Notes under the pieces: model-generated
Told to the model about the DNA's origin: nothing
Database searches by the model: none
Seen by the model: only the letters and a program-made list of their open reading frames with translations
Source of the DNA: Dehalococcoidia bacterium
Lineage (GTDB): Bacteria > Chloroflexota > Dehalococcoidia > GIF9 > UBA5629
NCBI GenBank assembly: GCA_034432055.1
Contig: DAOUCT010000003.1
Coordinates: 75,949 to 139,948 of the forward strand
Reading direction: 5' to 3'
Length of the DNA stretch: 64,000 nucleotides
In this document: positions 1 through 9,515 of the stretch, one piece after another
Position numbering within the stretch: the first letter of the stretch is position 1
How the letters are laid out: every line of letters starts with the position of its first letter
Translations under genes and position numbers: made by a program

Positions 1-709
1 TCTTATCGATTTCCCCCCTTTTCAGTTTCATCACCTGACTGGTAATCGCAGAGGTAACGAACATTTTACCCCTGCCAGCACCTTCGTGGTTGAATGCCCT
101 TGAGACTATCGTCCTCAATCCGTATGCACTTTGATAGTTTCTCATCGCAAATTCAGCCGATACCTTCGATACTGCGTATGGCGACATCGGACGCAATGGG
201 TTTAGTTCGTTTATAGGCAATTCGGGTATACGCACAGGCTCAGGAAACACCGTTCCATATCTCCTCAGCACCTGTTCATACTGATTCTGGGACACGATAG
301 CAAGACCATACTCTTCGCTGCTGCCAGCAAAAATTATGGTAGAATCAAGTCCCTTCGACCGTATCGCTTCAAGCAGATTGACCGTGCCGTGAAAATTTAT
401 GTCCATAGTCTCCCACGGATGAGAGAACGACCTGGGAACAAACGATTGTGCAGCTAGATGGAATACCACCTCCGGTCTGGAAGCGTCCAGCGCGAAAGCC
501 AGGCTGGATATATCCCGCACATCTCCCTCCAGTAATTCCACTTCCCTCTCGATGTTAAGGTACTCCAGGTTTCGCGGTATACCGCCGTCAGCCCGCCTTC
601 TAATCAGCCCGTATACCCCGGCTCCCTGCTCAAGTAAATATCGGGCGATATGCGAACCGACAAAACCGCTCACACCGGTGATAAATACTTTCTTTCCCTT
701 CCAGGACAT
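1..709 (-). CDS. NAD-dependent nucleotide-sugar epimerase/dehydratase (SDR family), N-terminal part; gene continues past the window start
   Basis: Not in the ORF track because it is truncated. My translation from ATG at 709 reads MSWKGKKVFITGVSGFVGSHIARYL (GxxGxxG Rossmann motif) and later PYAVSK (YxxxK). A ggaggt SD lies at 715-720, and the gene starts 21 nt downstream of the BNR gene stop. Confidence 0.7.
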   Translation of the reverse strand, partial: MSWKGKKVFITGVSGFVGSHIARYLLEQGAGVYGLIRRRADGGIPRNLEYLNIEREVELLEGDVRDISSLAFALDASRPEVVFHLAAQSFVPRSFSHPWETMDINFHGTVNLLEAIRSKGLDSTIIFAGSSEEYGLAIVSQNQYEQVLRRYGTVFPEPVRIPELPINELNPLRPMSPYAVSKVSAEFAMRNYQSAYGLRTIVSRAFNHEGAGRGKMFVTSAITSQVMKLKRGEIDK

Positions 710-730
710 CTCAAACCTCCATCGTTGTCA

Positions 731-3700
731 TTACTCACTACCGGTCCCGACCTCATCCTCTTTTTTCCTCCCACCCCACCTTCCCCTGATAAGTACCAGC
801 ACCACTGCTGCCAGAAGTGTATACACTGCTATCCCAGCCCATGCCAAGATAGCCACCGGTTCTCTATGCTCGGGCAATAGCTGTACCTGAGCCCTCACTG
901 TAGTGAAGCTGGCGACAGCGCTGGGCTGACTGGTGACTGGCTCCACCGCTTTCACCTGCCAGAAATAGGTCGTTCCAGAGTCAAGCTCACCATCGTATTT
1001 AAAAGCGTTACCCGCCACCTTGGTCTTTACCAGCACCTTTCTTAACTCAGCATCTTTAGCCAGTAAAAACTCATACTTGGTCACGCCGGGCAATGGCGTC
1101 CAGACAAAAGCTGGCGCTCGCACCACATCCTGGGCACCGCTAGCCGGTCTCAATAGCACAGGCTGCTGGTATTGAGTCTCTACAGGCACACCAATCTTGG
1201 TGGTAAAATACATCACTGCCGACCACGGACTGCGTACTATCTCACCTGTGGTAGCTCCCGTTGCCCGAACGCGCCAGTAATATTCGTGACCACACTCAAG
1301 ATTGCCGTAAAAGCCGATGGCTGAACCTTCAGCCATTTTGGTCACAAGTGATTTCTTCATCGGGTCCTGGGGGATCTCGAGAATGAGACCGGCTGTCTGC
1401 CCACCTGAGGGGAAAAATACCGCCGGTGATTCCTGGTCTTCAGGGAATATATTCACCTTTACCACCACGCGGGTGGTAAACTCTTTCTCCTTGGCTATCT
1501 GCATCTCATATACAGAGGCATAATCAAGTTGCCTCCAGCGGAAATCTATCTGCTTTGCCCGTCCGCTCACTGCATCACAGGATAATATGTCCCCGCTAGC
1601 CGGCAATATGGTCCACGGACCCACTCTGGCAAATATATCAGTATATACCCACAAGCAACCCTGTTCATTCTGCCAGTCATAGTCCCGATTATCAATTGCC
1701 CATAGCCAATTGTACTTTCCACCGGAGATTTTGAGTGAGCCCGGCTCACAGGTGAACTTCACCATACCAGTCTCCGGTAAACCAGCAATCAAATAGTCCC
1801 ACTCCAGTGATGGTGGCACAGGTGCACGGGAATACAAGGTGCGGTCCACACCAGTGCCGGTGAGAATATCGATACTCTCAGCTTTTGCCCATGCCCCATA
1901 CAGGACATCGTTACGCATCGCCAGACCATAGAAGGCGGAGTTCGGCGGACCGAGTTCTTCCCAATCGGTGCTTTCTCCAATCACCCAGCGGTAGACCTTG
2001 CCGACGGTGCCTGTGGCAATATCGTGGCTGGCAGCATATATGGTCTTATTTTCATCAAACCGGTCATCAGCGATAACATGCACATTCCCTTCGATGGGTA
2101 CCGGTTTCCTCTGCTCCAACGGAGGCAGAAACTTCGCCGCTGTCTGGGAGAAATCAGCATAAGCCACCCGCCCGTAGCCATCGGGGGGTCCCTTTTCCCC
2201 TACTATCACCCAGTCCTCCTCAGCGTCTTTCGCAACTTTACTTTTGGGATTCTTTAACGGCACGGCAATGGTATGATTAAAAGGGAACTCAGTGTACACT
2301 TTATTCTGCACCCATGTAGTACCTTCTTTTTCATAGTGGTAAACTGCGCTGCTGGATAGAGCATACACCACCTCATCATAAACCACTTTCCCCACCGCCA
2401 GGTCAACTATATCCATACCAAGCTCACCGGAAATCGTCTCCCACGATTGTCCTTCGTCTGGAGAATAGCCCACGTCTCTCCATTCAACCTCAGCGTAGGT
2501 GACCACTTCACTCCTTGATTTTTCCTCATAGTCTGGCTGCCTGACCCTGAGAAGTATTCCTTTATCGTTGTTATCGCTTTTAAGCCAAAGAACTCGTTCC
2601 CACATCTGTCCCGGCGGGTCACCTATACTGCGCCAGATGCTATACGAATAACCGCCGGCAGCAGTACTCAAGGAAGCTAAATATTGTATGTCATAATCCG
2701 GGATGATTTCCTCGCCTTTTTCAGGCTGGGGCACATTCAGCGCTGCCGTATCGCAGAGCTTTTGCATGTTGCTGTCTATCAGTCCCATCTGTGTCCAGCG
2801 TTCTCCCAACTGAGATAGTAACTCTTTTCCCACCATACTTAGAGCCACCTCATATTGAGCCGAGCAGGGGGTGACTGAAAAGGCGGACTCATCGCCGACC
2901 GTAGCTGGTGTCAGCAATGCACCAGGCCACTTATTTGGATCGCCGATGCTTGTGCCGCCGCTTGTCAATGCAGCCGAACTGGTGCCACAGTAAGCCCGCC
3001 TGCCGTCAGGGTGCCAGGCAAGAATTGCATTCGCATACCCCGTGCCAAAGCCACCGGTCGGCGAAGCGTATTCCGGCTGCGAGGGCTGCCAGCGTGGATA
3101 GGCATATGTGGGATTGGAGGTCCGCCATATCCGCACTCTTCCAGTAGCATATGGTATAACCTCACCGGCAAGCAGTTCACCCCCGCTGTAGTCACCGTAG
3201 TAGGCAATGCTGAAAATCCCGCCGCCGGGTGGGGATATGGAGGGTGTGATGGAGCGGACACGGGTGTTGTCGACCCGGTAAAGATAGCCAATATTGCCGC
3301 TGGTATTCAGGCTAATAAAATAGCGACGCCTTGGCGAATCAGGAGGAGATGTCGCCGCTAGAAAGTCCGATGGTAGCTCCAGACCAACAGTTATAAGCTG
3401 GTCCACCACCACTGTACTGCTTACTCTCACCGGATAGCCAGTATAACCGGCGGCATTATTCCACGTGGTCGTGCCAGCCACAGTATCCCGCTTGCCCAGA
3501 TTAAGATACGTGCCACGGATGGCAGGGGTTCCATCTCTAACTGCTACAACTATAAGCCCGGAATCTGATACGTAATTAGGGGAGAATTTTATCGCCACCA
3601 CGTCGCCAGCACCAGTCCCCGTCAGGTTCTGGTCCCGCCAGCTTGGTGCAGTAACTTCTGCCTGCAACACTAACACTTTCCCACCCGCGCTCCCATTTCT

Positions 3701-4240
3701 AGTGCCGATAGCGATATCCCGGTACTCGCCATATTTAAATGAAACATCGAGGCACCCGATAAACTCGTTATCAGCCAGCGTAAGCCCGGAATCAGCCGCA
3801 TCCCAGTTCTGTCCGCCGTCCTGCGAGATGAGCACTCTCTTCGGTCCCGCCACTGAGCTATCCGTAACCACCACCACGAAATTTACATCGTCCGGCGCTA
3901 TGACCACATTCCAGATATGCACAGCGCCTCCAGCGGCGCTGAACAACCTCTCAGAGATGTCCTGCCAGGTCACACCGCCATTGGTCGATTTATAAAGCTT
4001 CATGTTCGGCGTATCAGCCACATAGAAAGTCATACCGTCAACGCCGATAGCCACGGCATTTATCTCGCTGCCCGGGACAACGACATTGTCCTCCTTGCCA
4101 GGGGCGGGGGTATCCACAACCGACCAGGTCATCTTCCCGGGGTCGGCTGATACGAGGGCAACGTTTAGGGAAGAAAGCAAAGGGAACAAGATTAATGCAG
4201 CGAGAAGAACGCCCACCTTGATGGCTGCTGTCTTCCCCAT
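731..4240 (-). CDS. Large secreted BNR/Asp-box repeat plus FN3 surface protein with C-terminal TM anchor (S-layer-like)
   Basis: 1169-aa ORF. Hydrophobic N-terminal signal (VGVLLAALILFPLLSSL). Asp-box motifs STNGGVTWQD, SQDGGQNWD, SPDEGQSWE. FN3-like C-terminal modules (GHEYYWRVRA, TTYFWQVKAV). C-terminal helix plus basic tail (ILAWAGIAVYTLLAAVVLVLIRGRWGGRKK). Confidence 0.85.
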   Translation of the reverse strand: MGKTAAIKVGVLLAALILFPLLSSLNVALVSADPGKMTWSVVDTPAPGKEDNVVVPGSEINAVAIGVDGMTFYVADTPNMKLYKSTNGGVTWQDISERLFSAAGGAVHIWNVVIAPDDVNFVVVVTDSSVAGPKRVLISQDGGQNWDAADSGLTLADNEFIGCLDVSFKYGEYRDIAIGTRNGSAGGKVLVLQAEVTAPSWRDQNLTGTGAGDVVAIKFSPNYVSDSGLIVVAVRDGTPAIRGTYLNLGKRDTVAGTTTWNNAAGYTGYPVRVSSTVVVDQLITVGLELPSDFLAATSPPDSPRRRYFISLNTSGNIGYLYRVDNTRVRSITPSISPPGGGIFSIAYYGDYSGGELLAGEVIPYATGRVRIWRTSNPTYAYPRWQPSQPEYASPTGGFGTGYANAILAWHPDGRRAYCGTSSAALTSGGTSIGDPNKWPGALLTPATVGDESAFSVTPCSAQYEVALSMVGKELLSQLGERWTQMGLIDSNMQKLCDTAALNVPQPEKGEEIIPDYDIQYLASLSTAAGGYSYSIWRSIGDPPGQMWERVLWLKSDNNDKGILLRVRQPDYEEKSRSEVVTYAEVEWRDVGYSPDEGQSWETISGELGMDIVDLAVGKVVYDEVVYALSSSAVYHYEKEGTTWVQNKVYTEFPFNHTIAVPLKNPKSKVAKDAEEDWVIVGEKGPPDGYGRVAYADFSQTAAKFLPPLEQRKPVPIEGNVHVIADDRFDENKTIYAASHDIATGTVGKVYRWVIGESTDWEELGPPNSAFYGLAMRNDVLYGAWAKAESIDILTGTGVDRTLYSRAPVPPSLEWDYLIAGLPETGMVKFTCEPGSLKISGGKYNWLWAIDNRDYDWQNEQGCLWVYTDIFARVGPWTILPASGDILSCDAVSGRAKQIDFRWRQLDYASVYEMQIAKEKEFTTRVVVKVNIFPEDQESPAVFFPSGGQTAGLILEIPQDPMKKSLVTKMAEGSAIGFYGNLECGHEYYWRVRATGATTGEIVRSPWSAVMYFTTKIGVPVETQYQQPVLLRPASGAQDVVRAPAFVWTPLPGVTKYEFLLAKDAELRKVLVKTKVAGNAFKYDGELDSGTTYFWQVKAVEPVTSQPSAVASFTTVRAQVQLLPEHREPVAILAWAGIAVYTLLAAVVLVLIRGRWGGRKKEDEVGTGSE

Positions 4241-4251
4241 GGGATTAACCC

Positions 4252-4260
4252 ATTATACCA
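4252..4260 (-). promoter_or_regulatory. Extended -10 promoter (TGGTATAAT) for the BNR surface protein gene, predicting a near-leaderless mRNA
   Basis: The minus strand reads gcgTGGTATAATgggttaatcccATG. Only 11 nt separate the -10 box from the ATG at 4240, and there is no SD. Confidence 0.5.
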
Positions 4261-4432
4261 CGCAAAAACGCTTTTGTAGCCCTGGTGATGAAGAAATTTT
4301 TGGGGGAAATTAGGACTAATTGGCTATTATCTTTGTGACTAAATGTCCACGACCTAACTTGACAAACTAATTGCACATATGCCACAGTTAGTCTAACCTA
4401 TTAGCGAACAGACAGGACATTAGAGGAGTAGA

Positions 4433-5788
4433 ATGCTGGCTCGCCCCATAAGGGAAGAACCCCTGGTCAGGAAACTGATTGAACAGTTGCTCAGCGGCAA
4501 TATCGCCGAAGTCAAACCATTCGTCGACCTGTCATTAGAACTCGGCTTCACCTATCCTCAAATGGAAGAGCTACTCTCTCTGTCCGCACGCGAAAGCCTC
4601 AAGCTCCTTGAAGAATTGACTGCCAGTGCCTTGTTGGAAAAACACCCCCATAGCCGTCTTCTCTTCTGTCCTGAATGTCAATCGCCCAACATGAAAGCTG
4701 GCGATGGCTGCCCCAAATGCTACTCCTGGAACATCGCCAGAGGGCGGATACTGGAACATCTTCAGTGCGGCAATTTGAGTCTTGAAGAAGAGTATATCAC
4801 CGACGACAGGTATATCTGCCCTAAATGCCACAAGGAACTCAAATTCCTTGGTACCGATTATCAAAGTCTGGGGATAAACTACAAGTGCCACAGTTGCAAC
4901 AGCATATTCAGCCAGCCGCTGACCTCATGGCACTGCCTCAACTGCTCCCGGTTCTTCTTGGAAAAGGATGTCTCCGAGTCCTTCGTCTACTCTTACCGCC
5001 TCAATGAAGAGAAAAGGCGCTGGCTTGAATTCGAACTGGGACCAAAAGAGCGCTTGCTCAGTTTTCTCAGGAGTCGCGGCTACGAGGTGGCAGAGAATGC
5101 CATCGCCAGCGGCACAAGCAAATCAGGCACCGGGCACATCTTCGATATCGTTGCCCGACGCGACGACGGTTTTATCACTCATACCACAGTCATAGACGCG
5201 CTTATCGATGGCAGAGCACCAGAGGTCGGGCTGGAGCGGGTATTCAGCTATGATAATAAGACATATGACCTGGGAATACATGACAAGGTGCTTGTAGTCA
5301 TTCCCAGGCTGTCGCCACCAGCAAAACAATTTGCGCTGCGGCAAAAAATACGCCTTTTTGAGGACACAGAACTGGAAAGGTTTCTTGCTTCACCAGCCTC
5401 TGCTAGCACCGGTAGCCCATCAAAGGCAAAAGTCCACCACCCTAAATTCAAGTCAAAGACACAGTTAATCGACCACCTTAAAGCCACCGGCTACAGGGTG
5501 GAAGAACAGGCAACGATTCAGGGCAGGTCAGGTGCCAGACACCGCTTTCATGTCCTTGGTTATTACGATGATGGCATCCTTACACACACCTTAGCCATCG
5601 GCATCTTCAGTTCGGACACCGAGGTCGGGTTCGATGCCGTCTCTGCCTTCGATACCCGGGCTTACGATGCCAATATACATGACAAAGCCATACTGGTCTA
5701 CCCGCGGCTCAGCACCGAAGCCAGGCAGTTCGCTGATTACCAGCGGATAAGGGTCATCGAGGTTGACAGTACCGATGCCTTGAAATAG
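4433..5788 (+). CDS. Cys-rich multi-Zn-ribbon protein with tandem duplicated C-terminal domain (degenerate restriction-endonuclease-like by pattern); first gene of the pilus operon
   Basis: 451-aa ORF with a gaggag SD upstream. Eleven Cys lie in aa 79-170, mostly as CxxC pairs (CPEC..CPKC, CPKC..CHSC, CLNC). There is a clear internal duplication: GYEVAE..GHIFDIVARRDDGFITHT..IHDKVLVVIPRLS versus GYRVEE..RHRFHVLGYYDDGILTHT..IHDKAILVYPRLS. Confidence 0.8.
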   Translation: MLARPIREEPLVRKLIEQLLSGNIAEVKPFVDLSLELGFTYPQMEELLSLSARESLKLLEELTASALLEKHPHSRLLFCPECQSPNMKAGDGCPKCYSWNIARGRILEHLQCGNLSLEEEYITDDRYICPKCHKELKFLGTDYQSLGINYKCHSCNSIFSQPLTSWHCLNCSRFFLEKDVSESFVYSYRLNEEKRRWLEFELGPKERLLSFLRSRGYEVAENAIASGTSKSGTGHIFDIVARRDDGFITHTTVIDALIDGRAPEVGLERVFSYDNKTYDLGIHDKVLVVIPRLSPPAKQFALRQKIRLFEDTELERFLASPASASTGSPSKAKVHHPKFKSKTQLIDHLKATGYRVEEQATIQGRSGARHRFHVLGYYDDGILTHTLAIGIFSSDTEVGFDAVSAFDTRAYDANIHDKAILVYPRLSTEARQFADYQRIRVIEVDSTDALK

Positions 5789-5813
5789 AATATAACTTAT
5801 ACGAAGTCCTGAG

Positions 5814-7382
5814 ATGGCAGAAGAAGTAGTAAAAGAGAAAAGCGATAACGGGGTGGCTAACGGGGGGCTGCTCAGCGGCGTTGCCCGGCTAAATGTCTTG
5901 CTACAGGCGCCGACGCCGGAGGCACTGCAACTAGTGCCAGAGAGCATTGCCCGCAAGTACAATGTCGTCCCGCTTGAAGTCCGCAACAACACGCTCCGCG
6001 TGGCAATGACAGACCCCGACAATATCCTGGCGATAGAAGCCATTTCAGCGCGTGCCAAAAAGAGGGTCGAACCCGTAGCAGCCGAGCTCGCTGACATCCA
6101 GGAGGCGATAGACTTCAACTACAAAGCCTTTGGCGATATCGCTCATCTTTTCGGCACCGCTGCAGCACCCGCTGAAACAGAGACTCCAGAAAAGCTCGCC
6201 ACCGCTGCTATAGCCGAGGACGCTCCGGTAGCCAGGGCATTAAACCGCATCCTCGAAGAAGCGGTGAAGTCCAGGGCTTCCGACGTCCACATCGAACCCG
6301 AGGTTGACAGGCTCCGTATCCGATTCCGCATCGATGGTATTCTCCACGAAATAAGCTCCCTGCCGCTGGGGACTCACGGACCGCTTATCTCCCGGGTTAA
6401 AATCCTGGCGAATATGAACATCGCCGACCCGCGCCGTCCCCAGGATGGGCAGTTCTCCTTCAGTACACGAGGGAAGGAGATAGACCTTCGTGTTGCCACC
6501 ATCGCTACCGTCCATGGCGAGATGGCAGTGCTCCGCTTGCTGGACAAATCGATTGCTGTGCTCTCGCTGCGCCAGCTTGGTCTGTTGCCCGAGAGTCAGG
6601 AAAAGCTGGAGCGGATGCTCATGGTGCCCTATGGCATGGTGCTTATAAGTGGACCTACCGGCGCTGGCAAGACCACCACCCTTTACGCTGCTATCAACTC
6701 CCTGGACAGGGTGGGACGCAAAATCATCACCATTGAAGACCCTGTGGAGTACCGCTTTGAAGGCATAAACCAGATACAGATCAACCCCCGTGCTGGCATC
6801 ACCTTTGCCAGCGGACTCCGCGCTATTGTGCGTCTCGATCCCGATGTCATACTTGTGGGCGAGATCCGTGACCGTGAGACTGCCGAGATCGCCATCCAGT
6901 CAGCCCTCACCGGGCACCTCGTCCTCTCCTCTGTGCACGCCAACGACACGGTGGGCGTCCTCTTCCGTCTGCTCGACCTCGGCATCGAACCATTCCTTAT
7001 CTGCTCGTCAATCGTCGGTATCGTTGCGCAGAGGATGGTGCGCCGTGTCTGCCCCCACTGTGCCCGGATGACCACAGCACCAATGGTCGAACAATTAGCC
7101 TACCATAGAGAGCTGGGCGAAGAGCGTTCAGAATTCCTCTACGGCACCGGCTGTAGAGCCTGTACCTACACCGGCTACCTGGGCAGGACGGGGATCTTCG
7201 AGATACTGGAGCTTACCGACGAACTCAAACGAATGCTGGTCGCCGGTACCACGCCAGCCGAACTGCGTGCTAAAGCTATAGAGCAGGGAATGGTCACACT
7301 GGCTAAAGACGGCATGCTAAAAGCCCAGAAAGGCATCACTACACCGTATGAAGTATTGCGCAACGCTTACACGGCAGGTTAG
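5814..7382 (+). CDS. pilB: Type IV pilus assembly ATPase PilB (GspE family)
   Basis: N-terminal T2SSE_N-like region; Walker A GPTGAGKTTT; Asp box ITIEDPVEY; Walker B DPDVILVGEIRD; His box TGHLVLSSVHAN; tetracysteine CPHC...CRAC. Confidence 0.93.
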   Translation: MAEEVVKEKSDNGVANGGLLSGVARLNVLLQAPTPEALQLVPESIARKYNVVPLEVRNNTLRVAMTDPDNILAIEAISARAKKRVEPVAAELADIQEAIDFNYKAFGDIAHLFGTAAAPAETETPEKLATAAIAEDAPVARALNRILEEAVKSRASDVHIEPEVDRLRIRFRIDGILHEISSLPLGTHGPLISRVKILANMNIADPRRPQDGQFSFSTRGKEIDLRVATIATVHGEMAVLRLLDKSIAVLSLRQLGLLPESQEKLERMLMVPYGMVLISGPTGAGKTTTLYAAINSLDRVGRKIITIEDPVEYRFEGINQIQINPRAGITFASGLRAIVRLDPDVILVGEIRDRETAEIAIQSALTGHLVLSSVHANDTVGVLFRLLDLGIEPFLICSSIVGIVAQRMVRRVCPHCARMTTAPMVEQLAYHRELGEERSEFLYGTGCRACTYTGYLGRTGIFEILELTDELKRMLVAGTTPAELRAKAIEQGMVTLAKDGMLKAQKGITTPYEVLRNAYTAG

Positions 7383-7387
7383 TCATC

Positions 7388-8593
7388 ATGAACTATTCTT
7401 ATGTAGCTTACACTGAAGGTAAAAAAATGGTCAAAGGCAAGCTGGCGGCTATTGATGAGAAGGCAGCCATAGACATGCTCACCACAGTCGGCTACCACGT
7501 TGTCAGTATCAAGCCTGAGACCCGGCTTTTGCCCGACCTCAGCCGTTTCCTGCAAGCCCCGGTGAAGAAAGAAGCGCTCGTCCTCTTTTCCCGCCAGCTA
7601 GCACTCTTACTGGAAGCAGGAGTGGGCATCATCAGCGCCCTGGAACTATTGCAGGCACAGACATCGGACAAAACGCTCAAGACCGTCCTGTCCAAAGTCA
7701 TCGATGACCTCCGCGCCGGCAGGTCGTTCTCAGCGGCGCTTGCCCAGCACCAGTATGCTTTTCCGCCGATATATAGCCGCATGATAGGCGTCGGTGAACA
7801 CACCGGCGCTCTGGAGTCAGTCCTGCGCAGCCTTGCTGACCATATAGAGCGAGAGCTGACTGCCATGGGTAAATTGAAACAAGCGCTCATGTATCCCGCC
7901 CTTGTCGCTCTCATGACGGTCGTGGTGGGCGCCGTCATGATATTCGTACTTCTGCCACCTGTCACCAAGATGTTCTCTGCACTCGGCGGCAAACTTCCCA
8001 TAACCACCCGACTCCTTATCTCCAGCATGGACTTAGTTATGGACTACGGACTATATCTCATCGTCGGTCTTGTGGGACTGCTTGCGCTGCTGTTTCTTTT
8101 CTTCAGGACTTCCCGTGGACGCTACATCCGCGACAGCATCCTGTTGAGAATACCCATGCTGGGACGCCTTCTACATCTGACGGAGCTTGCCCGCTGCTGT
8201 CGAAACCTGGCATTGCTGTTCCGCTCCGGTCTGCCCATGACCGAGGTGATAAAGCTCACCACTCAAGCGACCGGCAATGCAGTCATCGTCGAGGCATTAA
8301 AACAGGTAGAATACGATATGATGAGAGGACGGGGGCTTTCAGCCCCGATGCGGCAGAGAAAGGTCTTCCTGCCCCTGATGGTGGAGATGACCAAGGTGGG
8401 CGAGGAGACTGGTGCCCTTGATGAGACATTAACTGTGGTCGCTGAAAACTTTCAAATCGAGGCAGACCGGCGCACACAGACCGTGCTCGGAATGATAGAG
8501 CCGGTGATGACCATCATCATAGGTGGTGCCGTTGGCTTTCTCGCCCTCTCCGTCTTTATGCCCATCTACGGGGCACTACAACTGGTGAAATAG
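7388..8593 (+). CDS. pilC: Type IV pilus platform protein PilC (two T2SSF domains)
   Basis: 401 aa with two repeats, each followed by TM helices (..GRSFSAALAQH..IGVGEHTGALESVL and ..GRGLSAPMRQ..TKVGEETGALDETL). Sits directly after pilB. Confidence 0.92.
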   Translation: MNYSYVAYTEGKKMVKGKLAAIDEKAAIDMLTTVGYHVVSIKPETRLLPDLSRFLQAPVKKEALVLFSRQLALLLEAGVGIISALELLQAQTSDKTLKTVLSKVIDDLRAGRSFSAALAQHQYAFPPIYSRMIGVGEHTGALESVLRSLADHIERELTAMGKLKQALMYPALVALMTVVVGAVMIFVLLPPVTKMFSALGGKLPITTRLLISSMDLVMDYGLYLIVGLVGLLALLFLFFRTSRGRYIRDSILLRIPMLGRLLHLTELARCCRNLALLFRSGLPMTEVIKLTTQATGNAVIVEALKQVEYDMMRGRGLSAPMRQRKVFLPLMVEMTKVGEETGALDETLTVVAENFQIEADRRTQTVLGMIEPVMTIIIGGAVGFLALSVFMPIYGALQLVK

Positions 8594-8601
8594 AGCTGAA
8601 G

Positions 8602-9027
8602 ATGAAACGTTCAAGTAGACAAAGAGTCCCTCGCTTTAGAGGCATAATGAGAGACCAGATAGGCATGACCCTCATCGAGACCCTCATCGCTATGTCCATA
8701 CTGTCGATAATCGCCGGCGCTTTTCTCACCAGCATGACCACCGCCGCCCAGACATCTTTCATCAACCACAAAAGGGCAACCGCCGAAAGCCTGGCTAAGT
8801 CCCAGATGGAATACATCAAGCGGCAGGACTACAAAGTCGACGGTGACTACGAAAAGCTGACAGGACTGCCACAGGGCTATGACCTGGACATCGTCGCCGA
8901 ACGGCTCAACCCCAGGGGCGATAGCACCATTAACGATGACGGCTTGCAGAAGATAATAGTTACCGTCACTTACCACAAAGACCCGGTATTGACGGTGGAA
9001 GGGTATAAATGTTTCCAGCGGTATTGA
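8602..9027 (+). CDS. Minor pilin / pseudopilin with class III (prepilin) signal
   Basis: Prepilin cleavage/methylation motif G|MTLIETLIAMSILSIIAG with Glu at +5. The start may instead be the ATG at 8647, giving leader MRDQIG. Confidence 0.8.
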   Translation: MKRSSRQRVPRFRGIMRDQIGMTLIETLIAMSILSIIAGAFLTSMTTAAQTSFINHKRATAESLAKSQMEYIKRQDYKVDGDYEKLTGLPQGYDLDIVAERLNPRGDSTINDDGLQKIIVTVTYHKDPVLTVEGYKCFQRY

Positions 9028-9515
9028 GACAATACAAGAGTGAACTCGGCTTCACCCTCATCGAAGTCCTGACGGCACTGGCGATACTGGCGATGGTAAT
9101 GGGACCAGCCACAGCCGCAGTTATCACCCTGATGAACCTCAGTTCGCGGAGCACCGATTTGAATGTCCACCTGCGCCAGGTGCAGAACGCCGGCTTCTGG
9201 ATTTCCCAGGATGCCCTGATGGCACAGACCGTGACCACTGGCAGCCCCGGGGTTCTCCTCACGCTCAGGTGGACCGACTGGGACGGCAACAACTATACCG
9301 TTGACTACCTGCTGGAGGAGAACACCCTGCAGCGCCAGCTCAATGGGGGTGGGCTTTCAGTGATCGCTGAATATATCGACCCCGATGCGACCAGCTGCCA
9401 GTGGGATAACGAGCACGGACAGCTTACAGTAACCATCTCTTCGCTGGGCAGCAGCAAGACCCGGGTACAAAAAGTATATACAGTCAGACCGCGAGCTTGG
9501 GTGGGAGGAAGCTAA
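9009..9515 (+). CDS. Minor pilin / pseudopilin with class III signal
   Basis: Leader MFPAVLRQYKSELG|FTLIEVLTALAILAMV with Glu at +5. Overlaps the upstream gene by 19 nt, which suggests translational coupling. Confidence 0.8.
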   Translation: MFPAVLRQYKSELGFTLIEVLTALAILAMVMGPATAAVITLMNLSSRSTDLNVHLRQVQNAGFWISQDALMAQTVTTGSPGVLLTLRWTDWDGNNYTVDYLLEENTLQRQLNGGGLSVIAEYIDPDATSCQWDNEHGQLTVTISSLGSSKTRVQKVYTVRPRAWVGGS

